Shown here: positions 45,865 to 55,680 of the stretch, piece after piece
Numbering within the stretch: the stretch's first letter is position 1
How the letters are laid out: each line of letters starts with the position of its first letter
DNA from: Dehalococcoidia bacterium
Lineage (GTDB): Bacteria; Chloroflexota; Dehalococcoidia; Lucifugimonadales; UBA1123
Length of the DNA: 64,000 bases
Direction of reading: 5' to 3'
Assembly (NCBI GenBank): GCA_963422295.1
Contig: OY729417.1
Coordinates: forward strand, 1,917,537 to 1,981,536
The notes under the pieces: generated by a model
What the model was told of the DNA's origin: nothing
What the model saw: the letters and a program-made list of their open reading frames with translations, nothing else
Database searches by the model: none
Program-made: the position numbers and the translations under genes

Positions 45865-47093
45865 CTGATTTTCTCTACCCCTCTTCCCAACATCGTCTTT
45901 TCTATTGCGGTACCTGGAGAATCGATCACAGTTACTTCATCTGGGAATGCGTCATTTGGGAATGCGTCATTGTAGCCGGGCAGCTCATGATTTCTGGTTG
46001 CTACGAGAAACATTGCGCTCGCGTTCTTGTCTTTCGAGGCACTGTACAATTTCTTTGCTGCAGCAAGCAATGTCTCATCTCGGCGCTGCACTCGGATAGT
46101 GACAGGTGATCCGTCAGCCCGATTTTGGGCTATGGCGTCGATGCCGCGGTTGCGTTGAACAGGCACGCAGTCCAATCCGTTCAAGAGGGCGAGGGCTGAG
46201 TCGTTTGCTGACCGATAAGAGCTGCGCCCTCGCTGCGCTACGCGAGACTCGCTTCTAATCGGGTTATGTAGTCGTCTATTCGTGAGCGAGATGGCGGCGT
46301 CTTCTATATCTATGCCGATGGCCTTACGCCCCAATAGCATAGCTGCAACTATGGTAGTGCCGCTGCCGCAGAAAGGGTCTAGTACAGTATCCCCACTATT
46401 CGTGGATAGTTCTATGATCCGTTCTAGCAATACAAGAGGCTTTTGGGTTGGGAATCCAGTTCGTTCTCTTGCCTTTGGGTTCAAATAAGGTAAATCCCAC
46501 ACATCACCGAGTGGTACCCCCCGCTTATTGGCGTTGAATACAGTCCGCCCTCTGTCATTCTTTTTATATATAGACTTTCCAAACTCGTCACGGCTTCTGA
46601 GTTGGAGTATTTGATCGATGTTAGTGGTTGGAGAGTAGTCTTGCCAAATAGTGTTGAATGTGTATTCGTTAGATTTAGTGTAGTAGTAGATGGTTTGATG
46701 CGAAGATAGAAGACGCTTGCTCGAATTGGACCATCTGCGATAATTCCAGATGATTTCTGCCTTGAACATGGCAACGCCGAAAATATTGTCGAGCAGTCCC
46801 TTCACTATATGAGTGGCATTCTTGTCGCAGTGAACGAATATAGAACCAGTTGCGGATAGGACTTTGTGAATCTGCTCTATTCTTTTGCTCAGAAAATTAG
46901 AATAGTCTGAGCGCGATGTCCATAAATCATCGAAACCGAATTCTTCTGTGCGGCTCTTGTTATACGAACGATGAGATTTCATCGTCATAAACGGAGGATC
47001 CAAGTAGGCCAAATCTACTGAATTGGATTCCATGGTTTGAATAATATCTAAACAGTCCCCTTTGTATAGTTCGATATCAGCTAGGTTTGACAT
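45861..47093 (-). CDS. beta-class N4/N6 DNA methyltransferase with C-terminal Mrr-cat-like extension
   Basis: DLAYLDPPFMTMK (motif IV), TGFPTQKPLVLLERII and VLDPFCGSGTT (motif I). The roughly 140-aa C-terminal tail GIDAIA...VTIRVQRR...FLVAT...VTVID resembles the Mrr catalytic-domain layout. Strongly AT-rich by eye. Confidence 0.8.
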   Translation of the reverse strand: MSNLADIELYKGDCLDIIQTMESNSVDLAYLDPPFMTMKSHRSYNKSRTEEFGFDDLWTSRSDYSNFLSKRIEQIHKVLSATGSIFVHCDKNATHIVKGLLDNIFGVAMFKAEIIWNYRRWSNSSKRLLSSHQTIYYYTKSNEYTFNTIWQDYSPTTNIDQILQLRSRDEFGKSIYKKNDRGRTVFNANKRGVPLGDVWDLPYLNPKARERTGFPTQKPLVLLERIIELSTNSGDTVLDPFCGSGTTIVAAMLLGRKAIGIDIEDAAISLTNRRLHNPIRSESRVAQRGRSSYRSANDSALALLNGLDCVPVQRNRGIDAIAQNRADGSPVTIRVQRRDETLLAAAKKLYSASKDKNASAMFLVATRNHELPGYNDAFPNDAFPDEVTVIDSPGTAIEKTMLGRGVEKIR

Positions 47094-47712
47094 TCTCTCT
47101 TGCGATCTCGTTTAGAATATCGAATAGATCTACTCCCGTTCGGCGACTCACATACGGCCATGCGTCTCGACCGTGATAATACTCTCCACCAGCGCCGATG
47201 TATAGAGTTTCGAGAGTTTGTTGAGTCTTGATAGCTTGTGATCGGTTTGGATAGTAGAACATTACTCTTATAGGTTTATATCCTGCATCCTGTACACACT
47301 GTAACCTCGAATGTTCTTTGTTGATATGGTCGCCATCTGTGGTAGCATCTCGCCATATTATCTCGATTGCATCCGAACCAACCAAACAGTCTATTTCGTA
47401 AGTCTTCGGGCGACCACCTAGAGTATTGGGAATTCTGTGAGAATCAGAGTCCGGGAATCTCTCAGAGAATCAGAGCTTTGAGGCAGCTTCCAAAAACCGT
47501 CCTGCGTGGTTATACAGGAATCGTCCTTTGCTCTGGTATTGATCGACGAGACGGCCTTCTTCTTCGCTAATACCAAGAACTTTGTATATCAAGTAGTGAG
47601 AGTTGTCGTCTCTGGTCATTTCGACCATTCTGTTGGATATACGACCGGATAGTCTTTCGGCATATTCATTAGCCAGTACCATAATTTTGTCTGCAACCGT
47701 ATCGAATGACAT
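47077..47712 (-). pseudogene. putative type II restriction endonuclease partner, interrupted by a single in-frame TGA (47470-47472)
   Basis: ORFs 47470-47712 and 47077-47385 are in the same frame. My translation of 47386-47469 is stop-free (FSERFPDSDSHRIPNTLGGRPKTYEIDC), giving one 211-codon frame with one TGA. It overlaps the methyltransferase start by 17 nt and shares its AT-rich composition. The nuclease function is inferred from context only. Confidence 0.45.
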
Positions 47713-47739
47713 CTCTAAAGCAAGCTCTCGCAGTCCGTC

Positions 47740-50676
47740 TTAGTCCGCCGCGCGTATCGGTTCGAGATCCGCGCTTGGGTTTGGCGCGGGCAGATGCAGC
47801 ACATCGTGCAAGTATCGCGCTGTCTGAGATTGGGGCATTGCGACCAAGTCCTCGGGGACTCCCTGCGCCACGATGTCTCCGCCGCGGTGTCCTGCGCCGG
47901 GGCCGAGGTCTATGAGCCAGTCCGCGCTTTTTATCAGGTCTAGGTGATGTTCGATCAGCACTACTGTGTTGCCGGTGTCCACCAGTCTGTGCAGCACCCG
48001 CATGAGGTGGGCGCAGTCTTCGAATGACAGCCCGGTTGTCGGCTCGTCGAGTATGTACAGCGTCTGCCCAGTGGCGCGTTTGGACAGTTCTGTGGATAGC
48101 TTCACGCGCTGTGCCTCGCCGCCGCTCAGCTGTGTCGCCGGCTGCCCCAGTCTTATATATCCCAGTCCGACATCGTACATGGTTTGGAGCTTGCGTCTGA
48201 TTCGCGGTATGTTCTCGAAATGTTCCAGAGCTTCGGTTACGGTCATATTCAGCACTTCGGCTATATTCGCGCCCTTCCAATCGATTTCCATAGCTTCTCG
48301 ATTGTAGCGCGCGCCACCGCATATTTCGCATGGAACGGTTACATCGGGCAGGAATTGCATCTCAATGTTGATGTATCCATCGCCTCTGCATGCTTCGCAG
48401 CGTCCGCCTTTGACATTGAATGAGAATCTGCCGGGTTTGTATCCTCGCGTGCGCGCCTCCGGTACGGTGGCGAAAAGCTCCCGTATTGGTGTGAATGTGC
48501 CGGTGTAGGTGGCGGGGTTCGAGCGCGGCGTGCGGCCTATCGGGGACTGGTCGATGTTTACCACCTTGTCTATATTTTCGATTCCTTCTATGGAGTCACA
48601 TTCGCCGGGACGTTCGCGTGAGCGATAAAAGCTCTGCGCGAGCTTTTTGTACAGGATTTCGTAAATCAGCGTACTTTTGCCTGAACCGGATACACCGGTT
48701 ATACATACCAACCGCCCCAGCGGTATATCTACATCGATGTTGCGGAGGTTGTTCTGACGCGCGCCTTTGATGGTAATGGATTTTCCGTTGCCCTCTCTCC
48801 GCGTGTCTGGAATGGGAATCTGTCTGACCCCGCTTAGGTACTGGCCTGTGAGCGATTCGGGAGTGGCGATGACCTCCGGGACGGTTCCGCAGGCGACGAC
48901 ATGGCCGCCGTGTTCGCCCGCGCCGGGGCCCATATCGACGATGTAATCTGCAGAGCGCATGATGGCCTCGTCGTGTTCGACGATTAGCACGGTGTTGCCA
49001 ATGTCGCGCAGATTTTTCAGCGTACCTATGAGCCGATGGTCGTCGGCGGGGTGTAGGCCGATGGAGGGTTCGTCACAGACATATAGGACGCCCATCAGCC
49101 CGGAGCCGATCTGAGTCGCCAGCCGTATGCGCTGCGCCTCGCCGCCGCTGAGCGTAGATGCGGTGCGCGATAGCGTTAGATAGTCCAGCCCAATGTTTAC
49201 CAAGAAGGTTAGCCGCGCCTCTATCTCCTTCAGTATCTGCTCTGCGATGGCTTTCTCGCGCTTGCTGAGGGTATGTTCTGGGATGTTGTCTCCGTTATTG
49301 GAGTATGTGGCGGGTGATTGTCCTGAGATAGCGTTTATCCAGTCGAGCGCCTGCCATATGGAACGATTGGTCGTTTCGGTGATGTTCGCGCCGCCGACTG
49401 TGACGGACAAGGCTTCAGGCCGCAGCTTTTGCCCGCTGCATGCCGCGCACATGTTGGCGGACATGTACCGCTCGATTTCGCCCCGGACATGGTCGGATTC
49501 CGTATCTCGATAGCGTCGCTCCAGGTTGTTGATGACGCCCTCGAACTTCGTGTTCCATTCGTACTTTCGTCCTCGCTGCGTCCGATGCGTAACTTTGATT
49601 CTCTTGCCCTTCGTCCCGCGCAGTATCAGTTCTAGCTGGCGTTTCGTCAGCTTCTCTATAGGTGTATCTACCGAGAACCCGTATGCTTCGCCGAGCGATT
49701 CGAGCTGGCTCATGTTCCATGGCGCGACGGAGCCGGCTCGGGACCATGCTTCTATTGCGCCCTGAGATATGCTGAGGCTCTTGTCTGGAATCACTAGATT
49801 GGGGTCTATCTCTAGCTTGTAGCCCAGTCCGGTGCATGTGGAGCAGGCTCCGTGTGGGTTGTTGAAGCTGAATGTGCGAGGTTCCAGTTCTCCCATGCTG
49901 ATGCCGCAGTGGACGCAGGCGAAGTGTTCGGAGAAGAGCATATCCTCATCACTGCCGGGGATATCGACCAGTACTGTGCCGCCGGCCATTCCGAGTGAGG
50001 TTTCCACAGAGTCTGTTACACGGGAGATTTCCGCGCCATCGCCGATCGACAGTCTGTCCACCACTATTTCGATTGTGTGCCATTTCTGCTTGTCGAGATC
50101 GAACTCGTCGCTCAGGTCTCGGACTTCTCCGTTGACACGGACACGGACGAATCCTGATTTGCGCGCGTTTTCGAACACTTCCTTGTGTTCGCCCTTGCGT
50201 CGTACGACCATAGGCGCCAGAATCTGAAGCCGTGTTCGTTCGGGCAGCGAGAGAACGGCATCGACGATTTGCTGAACTGTTTGGCGCTCCACCGGACGTT
50301 TGCATTTGTAGCAGTGCGGGTGGCCGACTCTGGCGAACAGAAGGCGGAGATAGTCGTATATCTCAGTGACGGTGCCGACGGTCGAGCGAGGGTTGTGGGA
50401 TACACCCTTTTGGTCTATGGATATGGCGGGTGACAACCCCTCTATATATTCCACATCTGGCTTGTCCATGCGTCCGAGGAACTGGCGCGCGTATGCGGAG
50501 AGCGATTCGACATATCGCCGCTGGCCCTCGGCGTAGATGGTATCGAATGCGAGCGAACTTTTGCCCGATCCGGATACTCCTGTGATGACCACCAGCTTGT
50601 TGCGCGGGATGGTTACATCGATATTCTTGAGGTTGTGTTCGCGCGCGCCGCGGACGACGATGTTCTCGAGTGACAT
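47740..50676 (-). CDS. uvrA: excinuclease ABC subunit A
   Basis: 978 aa. Begins [61 protein letters not shown], and has two ABC modules plus zinc-finger Cys clusters. Confidence 0.97.
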   Translation of the reverse strand: MSLENIVVRGAREHNLKNIDVTIPRNKLVVITGVSGSGKSSLAFDTIYAEGQRRYVESLSAYARQFLGRMDKPDVEYIEGLSPAISIDQKGVSHNPRSTVGTVTEIYDYLRLLFARVGHPHCYKCKRPVERQTVQQIVDAVLSLPERTRLQILAPMVVRRKGEHKEVFENARKSGFVRVRVNGEVRDLSDEFDLDKQKWHTIEIVVDRLSIGDGAEISRVTDSVETSLGMAGGTVLVDIPGSDEDMLFSEHFACVHCGISMGELEPRTFSFNNPHGACSTCTGLGYKLEIDPNLVIPDKSLSISQGAIEAWSRAGSVAPWNMSQLESLGEAYGFSVDTPIEKLTKRQLELILRGTKGKRIKVTHRTQRGRKYEWNTKFEGVINNLERRYRDTESDHVRGEIERYMSANMCAACSGQKLRPEALSVTVGGANITETTNRSIWQALDWINAISGQSPATYSNNGDNIPEHTLSKREKAIAEQILKEIEARLTFLVNIGLDYLTLSRTASTLSGGEAQRIRLATQIGSGLMGVLYVCDEPSIGLHPADDHRLIGTLKNLRDIGNTVLIVEHDEAIMRSADYIVDMGPGAGEHGGHVVACGTVPEVIATPESLTGQYLSGVRQIPIPDTRREGNGKSITIKGARQNNLRNIDVDIPLGRLVCITGVSGSGKSTLIYEILYKKLAQSFYRSRERPGECDSIEGIENIDKVVNIDQSPIGRTPRSNPATYTGTFTPIRELFATVPEARTRGYKPGRFSFNVKGGRCEACRGDGYINIEMQFLPDVTVPCEICGGARYNREAMEIDWKGANIAEVLNMTVTEALEHFENIPRIRRKLQTMYDVGLGYIRLGQPATQLSGGEAQRVKLSTELSKRATGQTLYILDEPTTGLSFEDCAHLMRVLHRLVDTGNTVVLIEHHLDLIKSADWLIDLGPGAGHRGGDIVAQGVPEDLVAMPQSQTARYLHDVLHLPAPNPSADLEPIRAAD

Positions 50677-50937
50677 ATTCCGAGAGCGTCCTTCAATTGT
50701 AGGGTTGGTGGAATGGCTTCCAGCGATACAGCTGTACAGTTAGCGCTGGCGCATGCTCCGCAGAGTAGATTCTATCATCGACGGTCTGCGATCGTCAGGG
50801 GGATGGCTGACCTTGCTCTGCCCGGTTTCGGATGTCTGTGAATAACAGAACTTCCCTTCTGCTCGATCGCTTTGCCAGTTTGCCAGATTGTCAATAAGAG
50901 CGAGCAGAAGGGAGGAAGGATACAATCCGATGTTTGC

Positions 50938-53022
50938 TTAGCTCATCACCGCTTCGGTTTCGGCTTCTTCGAGGGTGACAAGGGGTGGGACGAGTGGCAG
51001 CTCGATTATCATTTCGGTGAATTCTCCGGGTTCGGATTCGACGCGGATACTGCCGCCGTGTTTGCGTATGATGTCGTTGGACATGGCGAGTCCGAGTCCT
51101 GTTCCATGTCCAGCCGGTTTGGTGGTGAAGAACGGGTTGAATATGCTGTCTATAATTTCTGGCGGTATCCCAGGTCCGTTGTCCCTGATGCGGATTTCGA
51201 TCTCTTCCTCGCCCCGTTTGGTGACGAGCTGTAGTGTTGGGATGTAGCTTCCGTCGCTGCCGTATTTTTCGGTATCTTCGATTTGGTGTCGTCTCTCGTC
51301 TGTTGCCTGACAAGAGTTGCTCACCAGATTTAGGAACACGCGGCCGATGTCCTGCGGTATGATTTCGATTTCTCCAACATTGGGGTCGAGGTCGTTCCGC
51401 AGGTCGAGCTGGAAGTCGGGGTCGCTAGCGCGCGCGCTGTGGTATGCGAGGCGCGCGTATTCGTCTAGCAGTCTGTTTATGTCGGTGGGTTGATGGTCGC
51501 CGGAGCCGCGCCCCATGGAGAGCATGTCGTGGACGATGCGGTTGGCGCGTTCGCTGTGTGTGCGGATGCGCTGTAGGTTGCCTGCCAGGTCGTTCGATAT
51601 TTCGTCTATCAGTTCTTTGTGTTCGTCATCGAAATTGTCGCTCACCTCATCGAGGGTTTCCTGCATCTCTTCGATGAGTTCTTCGGACACTTCGGAGAAG
51701 TTTTTAACGAAATTCAGTGGGTTTCGTATCTCGTGCGCGACGCCTGCGGTTAGCTCACCGAGCGCGGCCAGCTTTTCACGCATGACTATCTGATCTTGCG
51801 CGTGATTTAGTTCGTCTAGGACTTTTTCGAGTTGTCCGTTCTTTTCTTGGAGTTCGCCTGCGAGCTGTTCTACTAGATTCAGTCGCTGAGCTTCGAGCGA
51901 GTTTTGGCGGAAGACTTCGAGGGCGGCGCCCATTTCAGCTACCTCGTCTCGCCCGCCGATCTCCACTTTGGTTTCCAGATCGCCTTCTGCCATTTGTCGC
52001 ATTCGGTCCGAAAGCGTCTTGAGACGACGCAGCAGAAATTGTCCGACGAAAAGCCAAGCCATGAGTAGAGCGCCACCGATGCTGACTGCGCTGATTGCCA
52101 GCAGCAGCGTGCGTCCTGTGAAGATTGCCTGCGAAGATGCCAGGGCTGCGTTTTGCGCGCCGTCTCGCGCCACGCTAACCAGTCCGTCCACTTCTATGAT
52201 CATATCGACGGCGATGTCGCTATTGCGCACCATCAAGTCTTGCTGATGCTCGATGAGGAGCAGCTCTTGTTCGACAAGGTCGAACACATTGTTTTCGCCG
52301 ACTCCGAGTTCGAGCAGGTGCTCTACGATAGGGAAGGGTTCCGAGGGAGTGTCTGACCCTTCGAGAGATGAGATATTTTCCTCGATTCGTTTGCGCGTAG
52401 ATTCGAAACGCTCGCGCGTCGGCTCTACTAGCGAGGAGTGCGAGACGGCGAACACGCTTTCGAGCAGCTGAATTGCGGTTCGAGCTTCTATCTCTACTTC
52501 TGCTATGAGCAGATAGCGTTCGAGTTCGGATTGGGAGAGTTGCTCCCCACTCTGAGAGGGCTGTATGTTGAGAGATCCATAACCCGTAACTGGGATATTT
52601 TCTATGGAGACTCTCAGTTCATCCAATGCTGTTCTTGCCTTCTTCCTTTTGGAAGTTACCAGAAAGAGTTCGGACATTCTGATTTGTATGGCCTCGATGC
52701 TGAGAATCAGCGCGTCGCTTTGTTCCTGAATGCGTTCGAAACGGGTGTCTCGTCCGGCCTGTTCTTTGAGAGCAGCCATTTCCTCTTCGAGGCTGTCACG
52801 GGCATAGTCGAGGCTGGCAACGACGCGAGCGAGTTCTGACGGTGTTGTCGCGTTTATAAGGAGAGGAGCTGCGGCGGCCAGTGTACCACTGTGCCGCGCG
52901 ATTCCGAACGCCACTGCCATATTGGGTACGCTTTTCTCATTTACATGAGTTTGCGCGTTGCCCACGCTGTTAAAGGAGAACCAACCAACGAGGCTGGCTG
53001 CCACAGTGAGCGCGACCGCCAC
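50938..53022 (-). CDS. sensor histidine kinase (extracytoplasmic sensor, HAMP, HisKA, HATPase)
   Basis: H-box AHEIRNPLNFV, N/G boxes RIRDNGPGIP and GTGLGLAM, and a second TM plus HAMP around LLLAISAVSIGGALL...RRLKTLSDRM. The tracked GTG start falls inside the first TM. The frame stays open upstream to 53154 with no ATG/GTG/TTG, so the true start is uncertain. Confidence 0.85.
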   Translation of the reverse strand: MAVALTVAASLVGWFSFNSVGNAQTHVNEKSVPNMAVAFGIARHSGTLAAAAPLLINATTPSELARVVASLDYARDSLEEEMAALKEQAGRDTRFERIQEQSDALILSIEAIQIRMSELFLVTSKRKKARTALDELRVSIENIPVTGYGSLNIQPSQSGEQLSQSELERYLLIAEVEIEARTAIQLLESVFAVSHSSLVEPTRERFESTRKRIEENISSLEGSDTPSEPFPIVEHLLELGVGENNVFDLVEQELLLIEHQQDLMVRNSDIAVDMIIEVDGLVSVARDGAQNAALASSQAIFTGRTLLLAISAVSIGGALLMAWLFVGQFLLRRLKTLSDRMRQMAEGDLETKVEIGGRDEVAEMGAALEVFRQNSLEAQRLNLVEQLAGELQEKNGQLEKVLDELNHAQDQIVMREKLAALGELTAGVAHEIRNPLNFVKNFSEVSEELIEEMQETLDEVSDNFDDEHKELIDEISNDLAGNLQRIRTHSERANRIVHDMLSMGRGSGDHQPTDINRLLDEYARLAYHSARASDPDFQLDLRNDLDPNVGEIEIIPQDIGRVFLNLVSNSCQATDERRHQIEDTEKYGSDGSYIPTLQLVTKRGEEEIEIRIRDNGPGIPPEIIDSIFNPFFTTKPAGHGTGLGLAMSNDIIRKHGGSIRVESEPGEFTEMIIELPLVPPLVTLEEAETEAVMS

Positions 53023-53319
53023 GCCGATTGCGAAGTACAGTTGCGTAGAGAGGCTGAATCGCTTTTGTATCAGGGTAGAGGGTAAGGGGTTCAGAATGGG
53101 ATTTACTCCGCTTTTAGATTTCCGACACAGGATAGCAACTGTCGTGATATCCGATTATCTTAGGGAATATCTCTTCTCCCGAACCTTGCATGCTCCTGGC
53201 GCAGTCGAGCTAGACCCCGTCCAGACCTACTGGATCTGGATACAGTGCAGCATGAACACTCGTTCTGACGGCGTGCCTGGCTGTGTCATCTGTGTTGCGG
53301 ATGCGCGTATGTTCTCGTA

Positions 53320-53745
53320 TCATATGTCTGTGCGTGTGACGAGAGTGAGGTGATTTTTGCCATCCGTGCACTCGTATCGCATGTCTTCTGTCATAGTTCG
53401 TACTAAGTGAATACCGAGCCCACCTATGCGTCTATCTTCGAGCGATGCGTCTATGTCGGGGGCAGGCGCCTCGGATAGAGGGTCGAATGGGCGTCCGTCG
53501 TCTATTATCTCTATGGTTAGGAGATTGTCTTCGGATATGAAAGTCACATCTATTTGGTGATTACGGTCATCGAATCCGTAGTCGATGATGTTGAGCATCA
53601 TCTCTTCCATAATTAGGTTGATACGGAAGATGAGTCCAAGCGACCAGCCGTTCTGTTCGCCGGCTCTTTCCACCTCTGCGACTATGTTAGGAAGTTCGTC
53701 GCGCTTTGGGTCGAACTCGAGCGACCATTTCTTGCTCACACTCAT
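53320..53745 (-). CDS. RsbW/SpoIIAB-like anti-sigma-factor-type serine kinase (HATPase_c_2)
   Basis: EEMMLNII.YGF, DDGRPFDP and GGLGIHLV motifs. The ATG at 53745 overlaps the upstream stop (ATGA). Confidence 0.75.
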   Translation of the reverse strand: MSVSKKWSLEFDPKRDELPNIVAEVERAGEQNGWSLGLIFRINLIMEEMMLNIIDYGFDDRNHQIDVTFISEDNLLTIEIIDDGRPFDPLSEAPAPDIDASLEDRRIGGLGIHLVRTMTEDMRYECTDGKNHLTLVTRTDI

Positions 53746-54917
53746 TTTTCGCTGCGACGGACCATCATGCATGTGATGTCGTCTGATTGTGGCGCATCTC
53801 CTTCGAAGTCGGAGATGGCACTGAAAAGAGCCGAGTTCGACTCATGCAAGTTGGTCGGTGGGGCGTCGGCGAACAGATTGCACAGACGCTCCATGCCGAA
53901 TTCTTCACCGTCGATGTTCATCGCCTCTGTTACTCCGTCCGTGTACATGATGAGGGTGTCGCCGGGCTCGATGGTGACGGTTTTCTGTTCGTATTCCAGC
54001 TCGTCCATAACGCCGAGCGCAATGCCTCCGGTAAGCGGAATCTGAGTAGCGCTGCCGTCTGGATGAACGATGATGGGGGTATTGTGGCCGCCGTTGGCGT
54101 AGGTAAGGTTTCCTGTGCGTGGGTCGTACACTGCGTATAGCATCGTGACGAACATGGCGGCATCGTTGTCTTCGGTCAACACATCGTTGACTTCTCTCAA
54201 CACATCGCGCGGTTCTTGGTATGTGTTTGCCGCGTATTTGAGCAAGGTTCTGCTGGACATCATGAACAAAGCGGCGGGAACGCCCTTGTCGGAGACGTCT
54301 GCAACGGCAAGACCGATTTTGCCACTGTCGAGCAGGATAATATCGAAGAAATCTCCGCCTACATTGCGCGCGGGCTCCATGTTGCCGAAGATCTCGAAGT
54401 CATCCCCTTTCGGAAAGTCGGTGGGAAGAATGGACTGCTGAATACTGCTGGCGACATTGAGTTCGTTCTGAAGGGCGACGAGTTTATCTCGTGTCGAGAG
54501 CGCTTCGCGCCACTTTGCCATGTGGGTGAGTGTGCGATCTATGGTCAGGGTGAGGTCTGTGAAGTCGATCGGCTTGGTGACGAAGTCGAAAGCGCCCCTG
54601 TTCATGGCTGTGCGGATGTTTTTCATATCGCCATATGCCGATATGATGACGGCGCGCATGTCCGGGTCGATTTCCGAAATTTGCCCTAGTAGCGTCAGAC
54701 CGTCCATGCGCGGCATGTTAATGTCAGAAAGCACCATGTCTATGTCGCTAACTTTTCGAAGCACTTCGAGAGCTTCCACTCCGTTGTGCGCGAAGACGAA
54801 CTCGTAGCGTTTCGCGCGAATTTGCCTTCGCATACGCTGCTTTACCAGCGGCTCCAAGTCAGGTTCGTCGTCCACAACCAATATCTTGTATGGGTGCGGT
54901 TGAGCTAGATTGTTCAT
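53742..54917 (-). CDS. response-regulator receiver fused to PP2C (SpoIIE/RsbU-type) phosphatase
   Basis: KILVVDDEPDL...DMVLSDINMPRMDG receiver domain, then GGDFFD...DVSDKG...YTDGVTEA PP2C blocks. Confidence 0.85.
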   Translation of the reverse strand: MNNLAQPHPYKILVVDDEPDLEPLVKQRMRRQIRAKRYEFVFAHNGVEALEVLRKVSDIDMVLSDINMPRMDGLTLLGQISEIDPDMRAVIISAYGDMKNIRTAMNRGAFDFVTKPIDFTDLTLTIDRTLTHMAKWREALSTRDKLVALQNELNVASSIQQSILPTDFPKGDDFEIFGNMEPARNVGGDFFDIILLDSGKIGLAVADVSDKGVPAALFMMSSRTLLKYAANTYQEPRDVLREVNDVLTEDNDAAMFVTMLYAVYDPRTGNLTYANGGHNTPIIVHPDGSATQIPLTGGIALGVMDELEYEQKTVTIEPGDTLIMYTDGVTEAMNIDGEEFGMERLCNLFADAPPTNLHESNSALFSAISDFEGDAPQSDDITCMMVRRSEK

Positions 54918-55038
54918 ATCAATGCTGTGTCCATATGTTACGAGGCACGGAGAGGTGCCCCAGAACCCCCGTCACTGCGTATCGCTCATTCTTTGTAATT
55001 ATATGCCGCTTCGTTACGATATGTCTGGTGGTAACTTC

Positions 55039-55413
55039 TCAACGAGGGGCTATCTGGATTATCTTGTCGAATCCGCTTATTTCAAAGACTTCTCGTATAG
55101 AATCCTGCATCGAGGATATTGAGAAATTCGTATCCTGTCTCTGGAGCATTCTGGCAGTGAGCAGAATGACTCTGAGACCCGCGCTGCTGATGTAGGAGAG
55201 TTGGGCTAAATCTAGCATAACGGCAGAATCGTTTCGTTCTATTGCGGATTCGATCGCGTTCTGAAAATCTCGTGCGTTGGTGCCATCGATGCGCCCAGAT
55301 GTCTTGGCGATCAGTACCCCGTCGTTCCGTTCGGCCTGTATCGTCAAGCTTTCAGTATCGGTGACGATCCAGCTGCTGCAAGTCCCACCATCCTGGTTGG
55401 TGTTAGTTGCCAT
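55039..55413 (-). CDS. STAS-domain anti-sigma-factor antagonist (RsbV/SpoIIAA-like)
   Basis: 124 aa; LDLAQLSYISSAGLRVILL contains the phosphorylatable Ser context. Confidence 0.8.
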   Translation of the reverse strand: MATNTNQDGGTCSSWIVTDTESLTIQAERNDGVLIAKTSGRIDGTNARDFQNAIESAIERNDSAVMLDLAQLSYISSAGLRVILLTARMLQRQDTNFSISSMQDSIREVFEISGFDKIIQIAPR

Positions 55414-55473
55414 CAGCTTTTCTCCTTATCTTGATCAGAGATGTACGAATTTATTATTGTCCTAGCGGCTCGT

Positions 55474-55513
55474 CTTCCTCATCGGGGCATATGAGCCTGA
55501 GCCGATGAGGAAG
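55474..55513. other. 12-bp perfect stem / 16-nt loop hairpin in the MFS-STAS intergenic region
   Basis: cttcctcatcgg ... ccgatgaggaag read directly. No clear U-tract on the minus (transcribed) strand. Confidence 0.3.
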
Positions 55514-55680
55514 CAGTTTCTGGCGGTTTACGCCAGAGATATTATATAGTAGATGGCTTTAGTATCCAACAACGATTCTCTAAGAATTGGATGAATACAC
55601 CGACCTGTCTATATACGCTGTTTTCGGCATGCGCGGGTCAGTCTGGGTAAGATTCTCTTTTCCCTTCATAATCGATCTCT

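Noticed and set aside
47470-47472. The in-frame TGA as a selenocysteine or other recoding site.
   Set aside because: No stem-loop resembling a bacterial SECIS is apparent immediately downstream. The context is a horizontally acquired nuclease-like gene and not a redox enzyme. A nonsense mutation or sequencing error is more parsimonious. Only read data or SECIS and selA/selB searches can fully exclude recoding.
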